Below, one piece after another: positions 7,804 to 16,262 of a stretch of 27,969 nt of DNA. A model generated the notes under the pieces. The model was given only the letters and a program-made list of their open reading frames with translations, ran no database searches and was not told where the DNA came from. The stretch spans positions 1 through 27,969 of the forward strand of contig JAZDIZ010000025.1 in the NCBI GenBank assembly GCA_043804515.1, given 5' to 3'. The position numbers and the translations under genes were made by a program. This DNA comes from Pseudomonadota bacterium (lineage in GTDB: Bacteria > Bdellovibrionota_G > JALEGL01 > DATDPG01). Each line of letters starts with the position of its first letter. The first letter of the stretch is position 1.

Positions 7804-8415
7804 TCAATCTTGAATCGTTCGGAGTACTGATCGCAGTAGTTCCGCGGTCTGGCCCACAAACGCGTGATCCGCGTCTCGGACCACCGTCAGTGCTTTAGGT
7901 GCGGTTAGCTTCGAAAACCACTGTTCCACCGCCGCAAGCGGAACGATTTCGTCCCGTTCGGCGGCAAAAACATGCTTGGAATGTGTGACCCCTGCAAGCG
8001 GGGAAAAATCAAAAAGGTTCACGGGAGGCGCGATCAGGACGAGCCGCTTAAGGTCCGGCAACCGCGCCGCAGCCCGAGCGCCGACCCACGCACCGAAGGA
8101 ATAGCCGGCGATCGTAGCCATTCGGATGGGCACGTTGAAGTTCGCCGAGGCCCACGTGATCACCCCCAAGAGATCCTCCGTCTCGCCGACCCCCCCATCG
8201 AAGCCGCCGGTGCTCTTTCCCACGCCCCGGAAATTGAAACGCACGGCTCCCCACCCCCGCTCCAAAGAGCGGCGGAAAATTCCGTCGATCACTTTATTGT
8301 GCATATCCCCGCCCATCTGAGGATGAGGATGGGCCAGAATTACTACGGGATCCCGCGCGCTGCGCGGCGGCGAGGCTTCCGCCTCCAGATCGATCCCGCC
8401 GGCTTCTATATTCAC
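7804..8415 (-). CDS. Alpha/beta-fold hydrolase
   Basis: HPHPQMGGDMHNKV, RFNFRGVGKSTG, nucleophile elbow GYSFG, D(EIVP) and ADHAF catalytic residues. Confidence 0.92.
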   Translation of the reverse strand: MNIEAGGIDLEAEASPPRSARDPVVILAHPHPQMGGDMHNKVIDGIFRRSLERGWGAVRFNFRGVGKSTGGFDGGVGETEDLLGVITWASANFNVPIRMATIAGYSFGAWVGARAAARLPDLKRLVLIAPPVNLFDFSPLAGVTHSKHVFAAERDEIVPLAAVEQWFSKLTAPKALTVVRDADHAFVGQTAELLRSVLRTIQD

Positions 8416-8522
8416 TTCTTCTTTTTTGCGGCTTCGATTTTCCGGTGGACCCGCGCCTTCATCTTGCGCTGTCCCGTCCGCTGACGCGTTTTCCGCGATC
8501 TGCGGTTGTCTTTCTTTCCCAT
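8412..8522 (-). CDS. 36-aa very basic small protein MGKKDNRRSRKTRQRTGQRKMKARVHRKIEAAKKKK
   Basis: Near-ideal Shine-Dalgarno GGAGGTGAC directly before ATG 8522; the stop overlaps the hydrolase start (GTGA). Confidence 0.7.
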   Translation of the reverse strand: MGKKDNRRSRKTRQRTGQRKMKARVHRKIEAAKKKK

Positions 8523-8988
8523 GTCACCTCCAAAGTGCGTTCGCCAGAAAACATCCCTTTCGTGAATCCACAAGAGGATGAGCGAGGGCAAGACTTTTAC
8601 AAAGAAGTACAACCCCACGCAATGGGAATAAGCTGGCCTACTTGAATGTGGATGATTCCACTGAAGCGGCTGTCCATTCAGTGGGTTAATCTCGGACCTC
8701 CGCAAATACCGTACCCACACGCAGGCAACACCTGAAAATCCAATTGAAATTCCCCTTCCGTCAACAGGGAAGTGGGCCAGCTCTGGCATTTCTCACCCCT
8801 TCGGAGGAACGGTAGACCCCCCGGCCGCCCGAATTCAACCGCCCGGGATGTATCGGGATTTTTGGGCAAAAGCCGTTTTCATTTGTCAAACAGCTCTGCC
8901 GGATGATAAATGCTGCTTATTATTGATTTTACACCCGAATCAGCCTGCCCCGGCCCAAGGGTGGTCCGGAGTACAGGCTCAAACGTGA

Positions 8989-9270
8989 GTGGCCATGGTA
9001 AAGCGGTTCCGTGCCAACATCGTCGGAAAGGTTCAAGGGGTTTTCTTTAGAGCAGCTACGCGAGAGAAAGCCATGGCCCTCCAGATTAAAGGAATTGTGA
9101 AAAACCTTCCGAACGGATCAGTAGAAGTGGATGCCGAGGGAGAAGACGAGCGACTTACGGATCTTCTCCATTGGTGCCATCACGGACCGCCCGGTGCTCG
9201 GGTTGATCGAGTCGATGTGGAGTGGGCGACCCCTCAGGGGGGCTCCTCCACGTTTTCGATCGTGGCGTAA
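8989..9270 (+). CDS. acyP: Acylphosphatase
   Basis: GKVQGVFFR, GIVKNLPNGSVE and GPPGARV signatures; the start may be ATG 8995. Confidence 0.95.
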   Translation: MAMVKRFRANIVGKVQGVFFRAATREKAMALQIKGIVKNLPNGSVEVDAEGEDERLTDLLHWCHHGPPGARVDRVDVEWATPQGGSSTFSIVA

Positions 9271-9319
9271 AGCCGGACCCGCGCACGCACTCTCGCGTTT
9301 GGAGAAAGGCGGTGCTTTA

Positions 9320-10915
9320 ATGGCTTCTCAGTTAATCATCAATGTGACCAAGCCTGAGATTCGCGTCGCGCTCATGGAAAACGACCGCGTAGCGGAACTC
9401 TACATCGAACGTCCCAATTCGCGGGGCCTGGTCGGAAACATTTATAAGGGAAAAGTCGTCCGGGTCCTGCCCGGAATGCAGGCCTCGTTCGTCGATATCG
9501 GGCTGGAGCGCGCGGCCTTCCTGTACGTCACCGACTTCTTCGAGGAGTACCGGGACGCCTTCAGCCAGAAGGAGGTGGAGGAGGAACGGCGGCATAAACG
9601 AGGACAGCCGCAGCGCCAGAAGATCCAGGATCTCCTCAAAGAGGGGCAGGAGGTCTTGGTCCAGGTGGCGAAGGACCCGATCGGCACGAAAGGCGCTCGA
9701 CTTACGTCGCACATTTCCCTGCCGGGCCGCCACTTGGTTTACATGCCGACCGTCAACCACATTGGCGTCTCGAGAAAAATCGAGAGCGAAAAGGAGCGCA
9801 GAAGACTGAGGCAATTCGTCGGCCAGTGCGCTTCGGGAAACGGCGGGTTCATCGTGCGGACGGCCGCAGGCGGCCAAAGCGATGAAAAGCTCCAGGCCGA
9901 CATCCAGTATCTCGAAAGGCTGTGGCAAAAGACGCTCGGGCGGCACCAAGGAATGAAAGCTCCGGCGATGCTCCACCAGGACCTCGGACTCGTCCAGCGC
10001 GCCGTAAGGGACTTCTTCATCGACGACGTCGAGATGATGGTGGTGGACGACCGGACGGCCTACCGCTCGATCAAGCAGTTCATCGGCCAGTTCCTTCCGA
10101 AGGGGAACTACAACGTGGAGTTCTACCGCGGCAGGATCCCGATTTTCGAATATTACAAGATCGATCCTCAGATCGAGAAAGCTCTCGCGAAAAAAGTATG
10201 GCTGAAATCGGGCGGCTATCTCGTGGTGGACCAGACGGAGGCACTCACGTCGATCGACGTGAACACGGGGCGCTTCGTGGGCTCGAAGAACCTGGAAGAG
10301 ACCATTCTCAAAACGAACCTGGAGGCCGTCAAGGAGATCGTCGCTCAGCTGCGCCTGCGAAACATCGGGGGCCTCATTATCCTGGACTTCATCGACATGG
10401 ACCGGAAGCAGAACCGGGCTAAGGTCTATCGCGCGTTCGAGGACGCCTTGGCGGACGACAAAGCCAAAACCAACGTGCTCCAGATCTCGGAGTTGGGCCT
10501 CGTGGAGATGACGCGCAAGCGGACGCGGGAGAACCTCAGCCGGCTCCTATGTGAAACGTGCGCGAACTGCGAAGGGAAAGGGTTTCATCGCTCCCGGAGG
10601 ACCGTCTCATACGAGATCCTACGAAAGCTTCAATACGAAGTGTTTCACAAGAAATCGCACAAGAACATCGAGATCGTGGCCCACCCCGCCGTGGTGGAAG
10701 TGCTCAAGAACGAAGAATTCGAGGCGATCGTGGACATGGAGAACCGTTCGGGCCGCAGCATCGTGATCCGCAGCCAAACGAGTTTTCATCAGGAGCATTA
10801 CCAAATCAACCTGACCGGCTTTGCGCTGAGCGCGCCCCCCGAACCGACTCCCACGGAAGCCGAAGAAGAAGTAGAGGGGGACGAACAGGAAGTAGAGGAG
10901 GACGAACAGGAATAG
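9320..10915 (+). CDS. rng: Ribonuclease G (Rne/Rng family) with acidic tail
   Basis: GNIYKGKVVRVLPGMQASFVDIG (S1), IDVNTG, RLRNIGGLIILDFIDM, CxxC Zn-link; lacks a long RNase E scaffold region; start ATG 9320 (MASQLIINV). Confidence 0.93.
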   Translation: MASQLIINVTKPEIRVALMENDRVAELYIERPNSRGLVGNIYKGKVVRVLPGMQASFVDIGLERAAFLYVTDFFEEYRDAFSQKEVEEERRHKRGQPQRQKIQDLLKEGQEVLVQVAKDPIGTKGARLTSHISLPGRHLVYMPTVNHIGVSRKIESEKERRRLRQFVGQCASGNGGFIVRTAAGGQSDEKLQADIQYLERLWQKTLGRHQGMKAPAMLHQDLGLVQRAVRDFFIDDVEMMVVDDRTAYRSIKQFIGQFLPKGNYNVEFYRGRIPIFEYYKIDPQIEKALAKKVWLKSGGYLVVDQTEALTSIDVNTGRFVGSKNLEETILKTNLEAVKEIVAQLRLRNIGGLIILDFIDMDRKQNRAKVYRAFEDALADDKAKTNVLQISELGLVEMTRKRTRENLSRLLCETCANCEGKGFHRSRRTVSYEILRKLQYEVFHKKSHKNIEIVAHPAVVEVLKNEEFEAIVDMENRSGRSIVIRSQTSFHQEHYQINLTGFALSAPPEPTPTEAEEEVEGDEQEVEEDEQE

Positions 10916-10965
10916 GTGGATAAACGCAGGGTTTTCGACCTCCGTCCCTGCTATTTCCTGCTATT

Positions 10966-11502
10966 TCATTGGCAATCCGTCGTGGTGCCAACGCCCGGGC
11001 AATCCAAGAATCTCGCGGTTAAGCCCGGACAAATCGGAAGCGGAGCATCCAGGCCGAAGCAAATCGTGGAATGGTTGGATGCGCCCAGCGCCAGATTGAT
11101 CGGGCAGTCTCCGAAACCCTGGTACCGGACCGCGCCCAAGTACTTCTCGTACATCCAGACTCTGTAGAAGGTGGAGGGCTGCAACTGGCTCGGCTGGATC
11201 TGAAACTGGTCGGTAAGAGGGGAATCCCCGGCTTCGCCGTTATCGGGGTTCGGGATCTTGACGACGTTGCCTCCCGCCACAACGTCGGTCACGCTCGCAG
11301 GCGGGCAGTTGAGCTGGTCGAATTGAAAGTAGATCCCCGTGGAGGTCGCGTTCCGCAAATCGGTATTGATCTGGACCAGCGGATTTCCCGGCTGATTGGC
11401 GGCCAACTCGATATCCACGGTCAGGGCCGACGACCCTCCGCACGCCGCCGCAAGCATCAGCAGCAGCATGAACCCGGCGTTCCGCGTGCCGCGCTCTCTC
11501 AT
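10966..11502 (-). CDS. Hypothetical Cys-rich lipoprotein (third gene of operon)
   Basis: Lipobox-like AAAC after a basic-plus-hydrophobic leader; 6 further Cys; ATGA overlap with the upstream gene. Confidence 0.8.
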   Translation of the reverse strand: MRERGTRNAGFMLLLMLAAACGGSSALTVDIELAANQPGNPLVQINTDLRNATSTGIYFQFDQLNCPPASVTDVVAGGNVVKIPNPDNGEAGDSPLTDQFQIQPSQLQPSTFYRVWMYEKYLGAVRYQGFGDCPINLALGASNHSTICFGLDAPLPICPGLTARFLDCPGVGTTTDCQ

Positions 11503-11918
11503 GAAGTCACCGCGGCCACAGTGATTGTAACCGCTGTTTGGCTTCCGTCGCCCGGAAGCGACACGGTCCCGGTGTATTTATTGACGCCGGAGGAGTCCCG
11601 GATCCGCGCTTCGATCTGAAACGTGAAACTCCCGAGAGGAATCCTCCCCACGTTCAGAGTCTGGGCGGTCGCGAGGGAAAAGCCGCACCCCGCGGCGAGC
11701 GCTGCCCCGCAAGCCTCGGGATAAACAAAGGTGTCGGCCGTTCCGTTTTGATCGACGTCCGAATTCCCTGTAACGATCAAAACCAGATCGACGGAATTCA
11801 CATCCTGAAGAGCTGACGCCGGCGTGACGGCGACCTGGATCGTCGGGCCGGGCATTTCACCGCAGGCGAAACTCGAAGCGAGCGCCAGAAAAACCAAGCC
11901 TGCCGCGATGCGGTTCAT
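11499..11918 (-). CDS. Hypothetical lipoprotein (second gene of operon)
   Basis: MNRIAAGLVFLALASSFAC leader; DVDQNG motif; 2 further Cys; ATGA overlaps at both ends. This is the C-terminal part of the 592-aa track ORF. Confidence 0.8.
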   Translation of the reverse strand: MNRIAAGLVFLALASSFACGEMPGPTIQVAVTPASALQDVNSVDLVLIVTGNSDVDQNGTADTFVYPEACGAALAAGCGFSLATAQTLNVGRIPLGSFTFQIEARIRDSSGVNKYTGTVSLPGDGSQTAVTITVAAVTS

Positions 11919-12433
11919 GGACATTTGACCGGGAGCGCGGCGGCGCATGCGCTGAGATCCGCAGAACCGAACGTCATCGCGGGCGGCGTGCCTCCCCCCG
12001 CGTTGGTCACGGTCTGGGTGGCCGACACAACGATGGTTTGATCCAGTGCCGTCCCGCAGCCCACCAGCGTGAAAGACGTGTCGGGGGGAAACAGGGTCAG
12101 GGGGATTTGAAGCGCAAATGAGGCGACCGCGGGACCAAACCCGCATACCTCGACCTTCAAACATGCGCACGGTTGCGGGTCCGGTTCGGTTGCCGGACAC
12201 TCGGGGGAGCCACTTGGTATGGTGCCCGCGCAGGTCTTGGGAACGATCCATCCTGTCGTGGCACTCCCTGAAGAAGGTATGGCCACGAAGACAAACTGCT
12301 GGATGGCCGCCTTTTGGTCCTCCGTCACGCTCGCGTCCAGAGCGCTGGTGACGGCCACCTCCACGGGATCCTTGGAACAAGCCAAGAGCAACAAGAGAGC
12401 GAACAACGGCGCAAAGCGCCTGCTGAAGTGCAT
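11915..12433 (-). CDS. Hypothetical Cys-rich lipoprotein (first gene of operon)
   Basis: MHFSRRFAPLFALLLLLAC lipoprotein signal; 8 further Cys. Confidence 0.82.
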   Translation of the reverse strand: MHFSRRFAPLFALLLLLACSKDPVEVAVTSALDASVTEDQKAAIQQFVFVAIPSSGSATTGWIVPKTCAGTIPSGSPECPATEPDPQPCACLKVEVCGFGPAVASFALQIPLTLFPPDTSFTLVGCGTALDQTIVVSATQTVTNAGGGTPPAMTFGSADLSACAAALPVKCP

Positions 12434-12533
12434 GGTTTAAGTAGTTTAACGCATCAGACCCCCCTTCGTACAGTCGAGTCGGGAACCTACGGTTGGCTCG
12501 TTCCATCGTGAAAAGCGGGTTAATATGCCGCCC

Positions 12534-13262
12534 ATGTCTCAACCGGCGCTTTACGTGATCGCTACGCCGATCGGAAATCTGGAGGATCTGACACAGCGCG
12601 CACGGAGAATCCTGGGCGAGGTGGACGTACTCTTTGCAGAGGACACCCGCCGCAGTCAGAAGCTTCTGAGCCATCTTGGGATCCGAAGGCCGTTGATCCG
12701 ATGCGACGAACGGGCGGAAGAACGCGCCGGAAGACGCGCTCTGGAGGAGCTCAACGCCGGAAGAAGCGTGGCGTTGCTTTCGGACGCCGGGACGCCCTTG
12801 ATCTCCGATCCCGGAGCCAGGCTCGTGGGATCGATCCACGAAGCGGGCTTCGCAGTGGTGCCCATTCCCGGTCCCTCGGCCGTTACAACTGCTATTTCGG
12901 CGTCGGGGTTTCCCGGAGCGCCGTTCGTATTTTACGGCTTCCTCCCCCGCAAGAAGGGCCAGCGTTCCAAACTCCTCCGCGAGATTTCCTTGGACGGCAA
13001 GGCCGCCGTATTCTTCGAATCCCCGCAACGGATCGTCGCAAGCGTCACGGAACTGGCCCGATGGGCCCCCGGGCGCGGTGTATGCGTCGGCAGGGAGCTT
13101 ACGAAAATGCACGAGGAGATCTTGCGCGGATCGGCGGAGGATCTGGCGCGCCGTCTCGGCGCCGCAAGAACGATCGGAGAATTCACCGTGGTCGTGGCCC
13201 CTCTCAAGAAGCGGGAGATTCGCCAGGCCTGCAGGGCGCGGGCTATGATGGACGAGGAATGA
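12534..13262 (+). CDS. rsmI: 16S rRNA (cytidine1402-2'-O)-methyltransferase
   Basis: LYVIATPIGNLEDLT, AEDTRRS, SDAGTPLISDPG, FESPQR and RELTKMHEE; start is ATG 12534 or 12525. Confidence 0.96.
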   Translation: MSQPALYVIATPIGNLEDLTQRARRILGEVDVLFAEDTRRSQKLLSHLGIRRPLIRCDERAEERAGRRALEELNAGRSVALLSDAGTPLISDPGARLVGSIHEAGFAVVPIPGPSAVTTAISASGFPGAPFVFYGFLPRKKGQRSKLLREISLDGKAAVFFESPQRIVASVTELARWAPGRGVCVGRELTKMHEEILRGSAEDLARRLGAARTIGEFTVVVAPLKKREIRQACRARAMMDEE

Positions 13263-13468
13263 ACCAGATGTACGCAAAGAATCTGGTCCTCGTCATGCTC
13301 GTGGCCATGGGCTTGTTCAACCTATTCCGCGGGATCGAATTGCTGAGGTCGAAGGGAAAGAAGACGGCCGGGATTTGGACGATTGTCGTCCTCCGAATGA
13401 TTCTTGGGCTTCTTCTCCTGGCGGCTCCGTTTCCGTTGCTCTATTACCTCCGGAGCGGCCAGAGCTGA
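13259..13468 (+). CDS. Small two-TM membrane protein (69 aa)
   Basis: MNQMYAKNLVLVMLVAMGLFNLF...IWTIVVLRMILGLLLLAAPFPLLYYL; ATGA overlap with rsmI and TGATG overlap with the next gene. Confidence 0.7.
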   Translation: MNQMYAKNLVLVMLVAMGLFNLFRGIELLRSKGKKTAGIWTIVVLRMILGLLLLAAPFPLLYYLRSGQS

Positions 13469-14145
13469 TGCCACAACCCGTCGGTTTGGGCGCCCCCACG
13501 CTCGCACTCATCGTCTTCGCGCTTCTCTTCAATAGCTATGTCGTCAAATATCTTCCCGACTCCGGCGTCCTCCACGTCCTTCTTTCGCCTCAGATTTATT
13601 TTTTGGTGGCTTCGGCGGTGATTATGGCCGCCCGACGGATTTCGCCGGCCGAGCTTGGGTTTCACGCCCGAAAGCTCCGGCGCTCGATATTCTTGGGCTT
13701 GATCCTGGCTGCGGGCCCGGCGGTTCTCGTGCTGGGTTTGGCGGGCCTCCTCACGCTTGCGGACCGGATTTATCCCTTCCTGCCCGCTCCGCTTTTCGCG
13801 GGAGGCGCGTCCGCAGTTGAGATCGCCGACTCAAGGCTTTGGATTCTCCTGGTCCTTGCACCCCTGAGCGAAGAGATCTTCTTTCGGGGAATTCTATTGA
13901 GGGCGCTTCGTGAAAATTACTCGGCCCGGTGGTCCGTGCTCCTATCGGCCGTGATCTTCATGCTGGGACACGGGGGCTTCCGCCCCGGACCCCTCATGCT
14001 CGGCCTGATCAATGGGCCTGTCGCGCTGGTCACCGGCTCCTTGATCCCTTGCATGATCTTCCACGCCGTATCCAACGCCTACGGCCCCCTCCTCGCCTCC
14101 TGGTTCCCAAATTTGTTCCACATGATTTCGTTTCTTTTCCGTTAG
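13468..14145 (+). CDS. CPBP (CAAX/Abi) family intramembrane metalloprotease
   Basis: APLSEEIFFRG, FMLGH and IFHAVSN motifs; multiple TM segments. Confidence 0.9.
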   Translation: MPQPVGLGAPTLALIVFALLFNSYVVKYLPDSGVLHVLLSPQIYFLVASAVIMAARRISPAELGFHARKLRRSIFLGLILAAGPAVLVLGLAGLLTLADRIYPFLPAPLFAGGASAVEIADSRLWILLVLAPLSEEIFFRGILLRALRENYSARWSVLLSAVIFMLGHGGFRPGPLMLGLINGPVALVTGSLIPCMIFHAVSNAYGPLLASWFPNLFHMISFLFR

Positions 14146-14200
14146 CCGAAGCGGCCCCTCGTTCCATCAGCTCGGACAGTGATCCAACTGACCACGCCAC

Positions 14201-14346
14201 CGGGGTGGGCCGGTGCCGGCCCTTTTGCTGTGTCACGGACGCCGGGGGCTCCGGCGGCGGAGCCTTAGATTGCCGGCGTAGCCGACGGAACATCGGCGTC
14301 CCTTAATGCGATCCGAGCCACGGAGCGCAGGCACCGATCCACCCCG
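14201..14346. ncRNA. Candidate multi-branched structured RNA or structured repeat between convergent genes
   Basis: Closing stem 14201-14217/14330-14346, inner stem GGACGCCG/CGGCGTCC, and three small hairpins. Confidence 0.45.
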
Positions 14347-14368
14347 CTCATCACACAGAAGATTTGGA

Positions 14369-15862
14369 TTAGTCAGCGAGCATCTTGAGGAACGTGCGGA
14401 CCGCGAAGCCCGTTGCTCCTTTGGCCGCCGTCGGCCATTCGTGGCTCACGAAAGCCGGACCTGCAATGTCCAGATGCGCCCACGGAGTCCCCTCTTTGAC
14501 GAACTCCGAAAGAAAGATGGCCGCCGTGATCGCGCCGCCGTATCTGGATCCCACGTTCTTCACGTCCGCCACGTCGCTCTTCAGATGGCGCTTGTAGGGC
14601 ATTTCCATCGGAAGCGCCCAGACCTTCTCACCCACATGGGCCGCAGCCTTCTCGATTCGGGCTCCAAGAGCCCGGTTCGCCGTGAAGATCCCCGCAATGT
14701 CCTCGCCTAGAGCCACCTGGCATGCGCCCGTCAACGTGGCGACGTCGATCACCTCGTCCACGTCCTGGGCGCTGATGTACGAAAGCGCATCGGCCAGGAT
14801 CAACCGCCCTTCCGCGTCCGTGTTCTCGATCTCGACGCTCTTGCCGTTGTGACCGATGACGACATCCCCCGGCTTCACGGAATGCCCGCTCGGCACGTTC
14901 TCCACGAGCGGAAAAACTCCGTGCACGTGAATCGAGGGCTTGAGGCGTGCCACGGCCCACATGGCGGCCAGAACCGCCGCGGCGCCTGACATGTCCGCCT
15001 TCATCCCGTACATGTAGTCTTGCGTTTTAAGCGACAAGCCGCCGCTGTCGAACGTCACTCCCTTGCCGACAAAAGCCACCTTTCGCCGGGCCCTCCCCTT
15101 CGGCACGTACTCCATGTGCACGAAGCGCGGCCGCTCCCTGCTCCCCATTCCCACGGCCAGGATCAGGTTCATTCCCCGCTTCCGAAGTTCGGTCTCGTCG
15201 AACACACGGATCTTCAGGCCCTGCTCTTTCGCGATCCGAGAGGCCTCCCGTTCGAGATAGCTCGGCGTCACGACGTTCGCCGGCTCGTTGATCCAGTCCC
15301 TCGCCATATAGACCGCTTCCACACCGACAAGAATCCCGGGAAGCGATTTTGCCAACCAAGCCTGCGTACGCCCGTCGGATGGCGAGAGGGTGATGGATTC
15401 TATGGAGCGTTCCTTCTCCTTTTTCTCCTTGTAGTGGAGGAAGCGATAAGTTCCGAGGAGGAATCCCTCCACCGCGGCATCGAAATATTTGGCCAGATCG
15501 GCGCCCGGAAATGCCGGGATTCCCACATCTCTCATGCGGGCGATCGAAATCTGCTGGCTTGCCGTGCCGAACGCGTCTCGGACGGCATCCCGCCCGAATT
15601 CCGCGCGGCTTCCGAGCCCCGTCAGGAGGACCCTGGGAGCCTTCATACCCGGGCCCTTAACCCACAGGACCTTCCCTTTTTCCCCTTCGAAACGGTCGAA
15701 TTTGATCTGGCGGGCCAGGAAGCCCTTCAGGAACCGGTCCACCTCCTTGGTGACGGCCGGCATGCTCCCGTCTTCAAAAACCGGCAGTACCAACACCTCG
15801 CAGGGAAGGTCGGCATAAGAACCGTTGTGAATTTGGGGACGGATCAGCTTTGTGGTCGTCAT
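14369..15862 (-). CDS. pepA: Leucyl aminopeptidase (M17)
   Basis: VGKGVTFDSGGLSLK, MKADMSG, NTDAEGRL, ATLTGAC and WAHLDIAG; start ATG 15862 (MTTTKLIR). Confidence 0.96.
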   Translation of the reverse strand: MTTTKLIRPQIHNGSYADLPCEVLVLPVFEDGSMPAVTKEVDRFLKGFLARQIKFDRFEGEKGKVLWVKGPGMKAPRVLLTGLGSRAEFGRDAVRDAFGTASQQISIARMRDVGIPAFPGADLAKYFDAAVEGFLLGTYRFLHYKEKKEKERSIESITLSPSDGRTQAWLAKSLPGILVGVEAVYMARDWINEPANVVTPSYLEREASRIAKEQGLKIRVFDETELRKRGMNLILAVGMGSRERPRFVHMEYVPKGRARRKVAFVGKGVTFDSGGLSLKTQDYMYGMKADMSGAAAVLAAMWAVARLKPSIHVHGVFPLVENVPSGHSVKPGDVVIGHNGKSVEIENTDAEGRLILADALSYISAQDVDEVIDVATLTGACQVALGEDIAGIFTANRALGARIEKAAAHVGEKVWALPMEMPYKRHLKSDVADVKNVGSRYGGAITAAIFLSEFVKEGTPWAHLDIAGPAFVSHEWPTAAKGATGFAVRTFLKMLAD

Positions 15863-15901
15863 GGTCGTTCGGGGCCGAAACGTTACGCAAAAAGGGCTGA
15901 C

Positions 15902-15929
15902 TTGACACGCCATTTTCGCCCTGTATAAG
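15902..15929 (+). promoter_or_regulatory. Sigma70-type promoter divergent from pepA
   Basis: TTGACA 15902-15907, 16-nt spacer, TATAAG 15924-15929. Confidence 0.6.
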
Positions 15930-15934
15930 CGCCA

Positions 15935-16076
15935 AACCTTTTTTATCGCTTCCGTTGATGCAGAGGCTGATTGGGATGTAGCGGAACGTTGCCTGAAGCT
16001 CTGGTTGAAAGAAACGATCGCGCCAGGAAGCCGCAAAGGTGAGAGGGGGGCCGTACTTGTTACGGCCCCCTTTTTT
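15935..16076 (+). ncRNA. Candidate ~140-nt small RNA
   Basis: Lies between a promoter-like sequence and a strong intrinsic terminator; only very short ORFs were noticed. Confidence 0.5.
16046..16076 (+). terminator. Rho-independent terminator
   Basis: GGGGGCCGTA-cttgt-TACGGCCCCC followed by TTTTTT. Confidence 0.88.
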
Positions 16077-16187
16077 GTTCGCTTTTGTCCCAAGAAATAT
16101 AGGCCTTGCGACGCGAAGTCCGCACAGATGCAATTTCGACAAAAACCCTGCCGAAAGGGCGACACGTACAGTGTATTTATATAACTA

Positions 16188-16253
16188 GTTGATGTACCTA
16201 TCATTTTTACATCAACCGGCGTATTGCGTTAGAGTGCCATCTGCGAATATAAT
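16188..16253 (+). promoter_or_regulatory. Operator-like palindrome plus sigma70 promoter
   Basis: GTTGATGTA-N11-TACATCAAC at 16188-16216; TTGCGT 16224-16229, 18-nt spacer, TATAAT 16248-16253. Confidence 0.6.
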
Positions 16254-16262
16254 GCGCACACA

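Noticed and set aside
8523..8789. Upstream extension making the basic peptide 125 aa
   Set aside because: The strong RBS is at the internal ATG 8522, and the extension does not look protein-like.
11919..13277. N-terminal ~450 aa of the 592-aa ORF 11499..13277
   Set aside because: Antisense to rsmI and out of frame with a lipoprotein gene; only the part from 11918 has a signal peptide and a coupled start.
16138..16170. c-di-GMP-I riboswitch (GAAA loop near 16153)
   Set aside because: Lacks the GCAAAC...GACGCAAAGC core and the second stem.
15863..16204. 114-aa N-terminal extension of PepA
   Set aside because: Runs across promoter and terminator sequence; an M17-sized protein starts at 15862.
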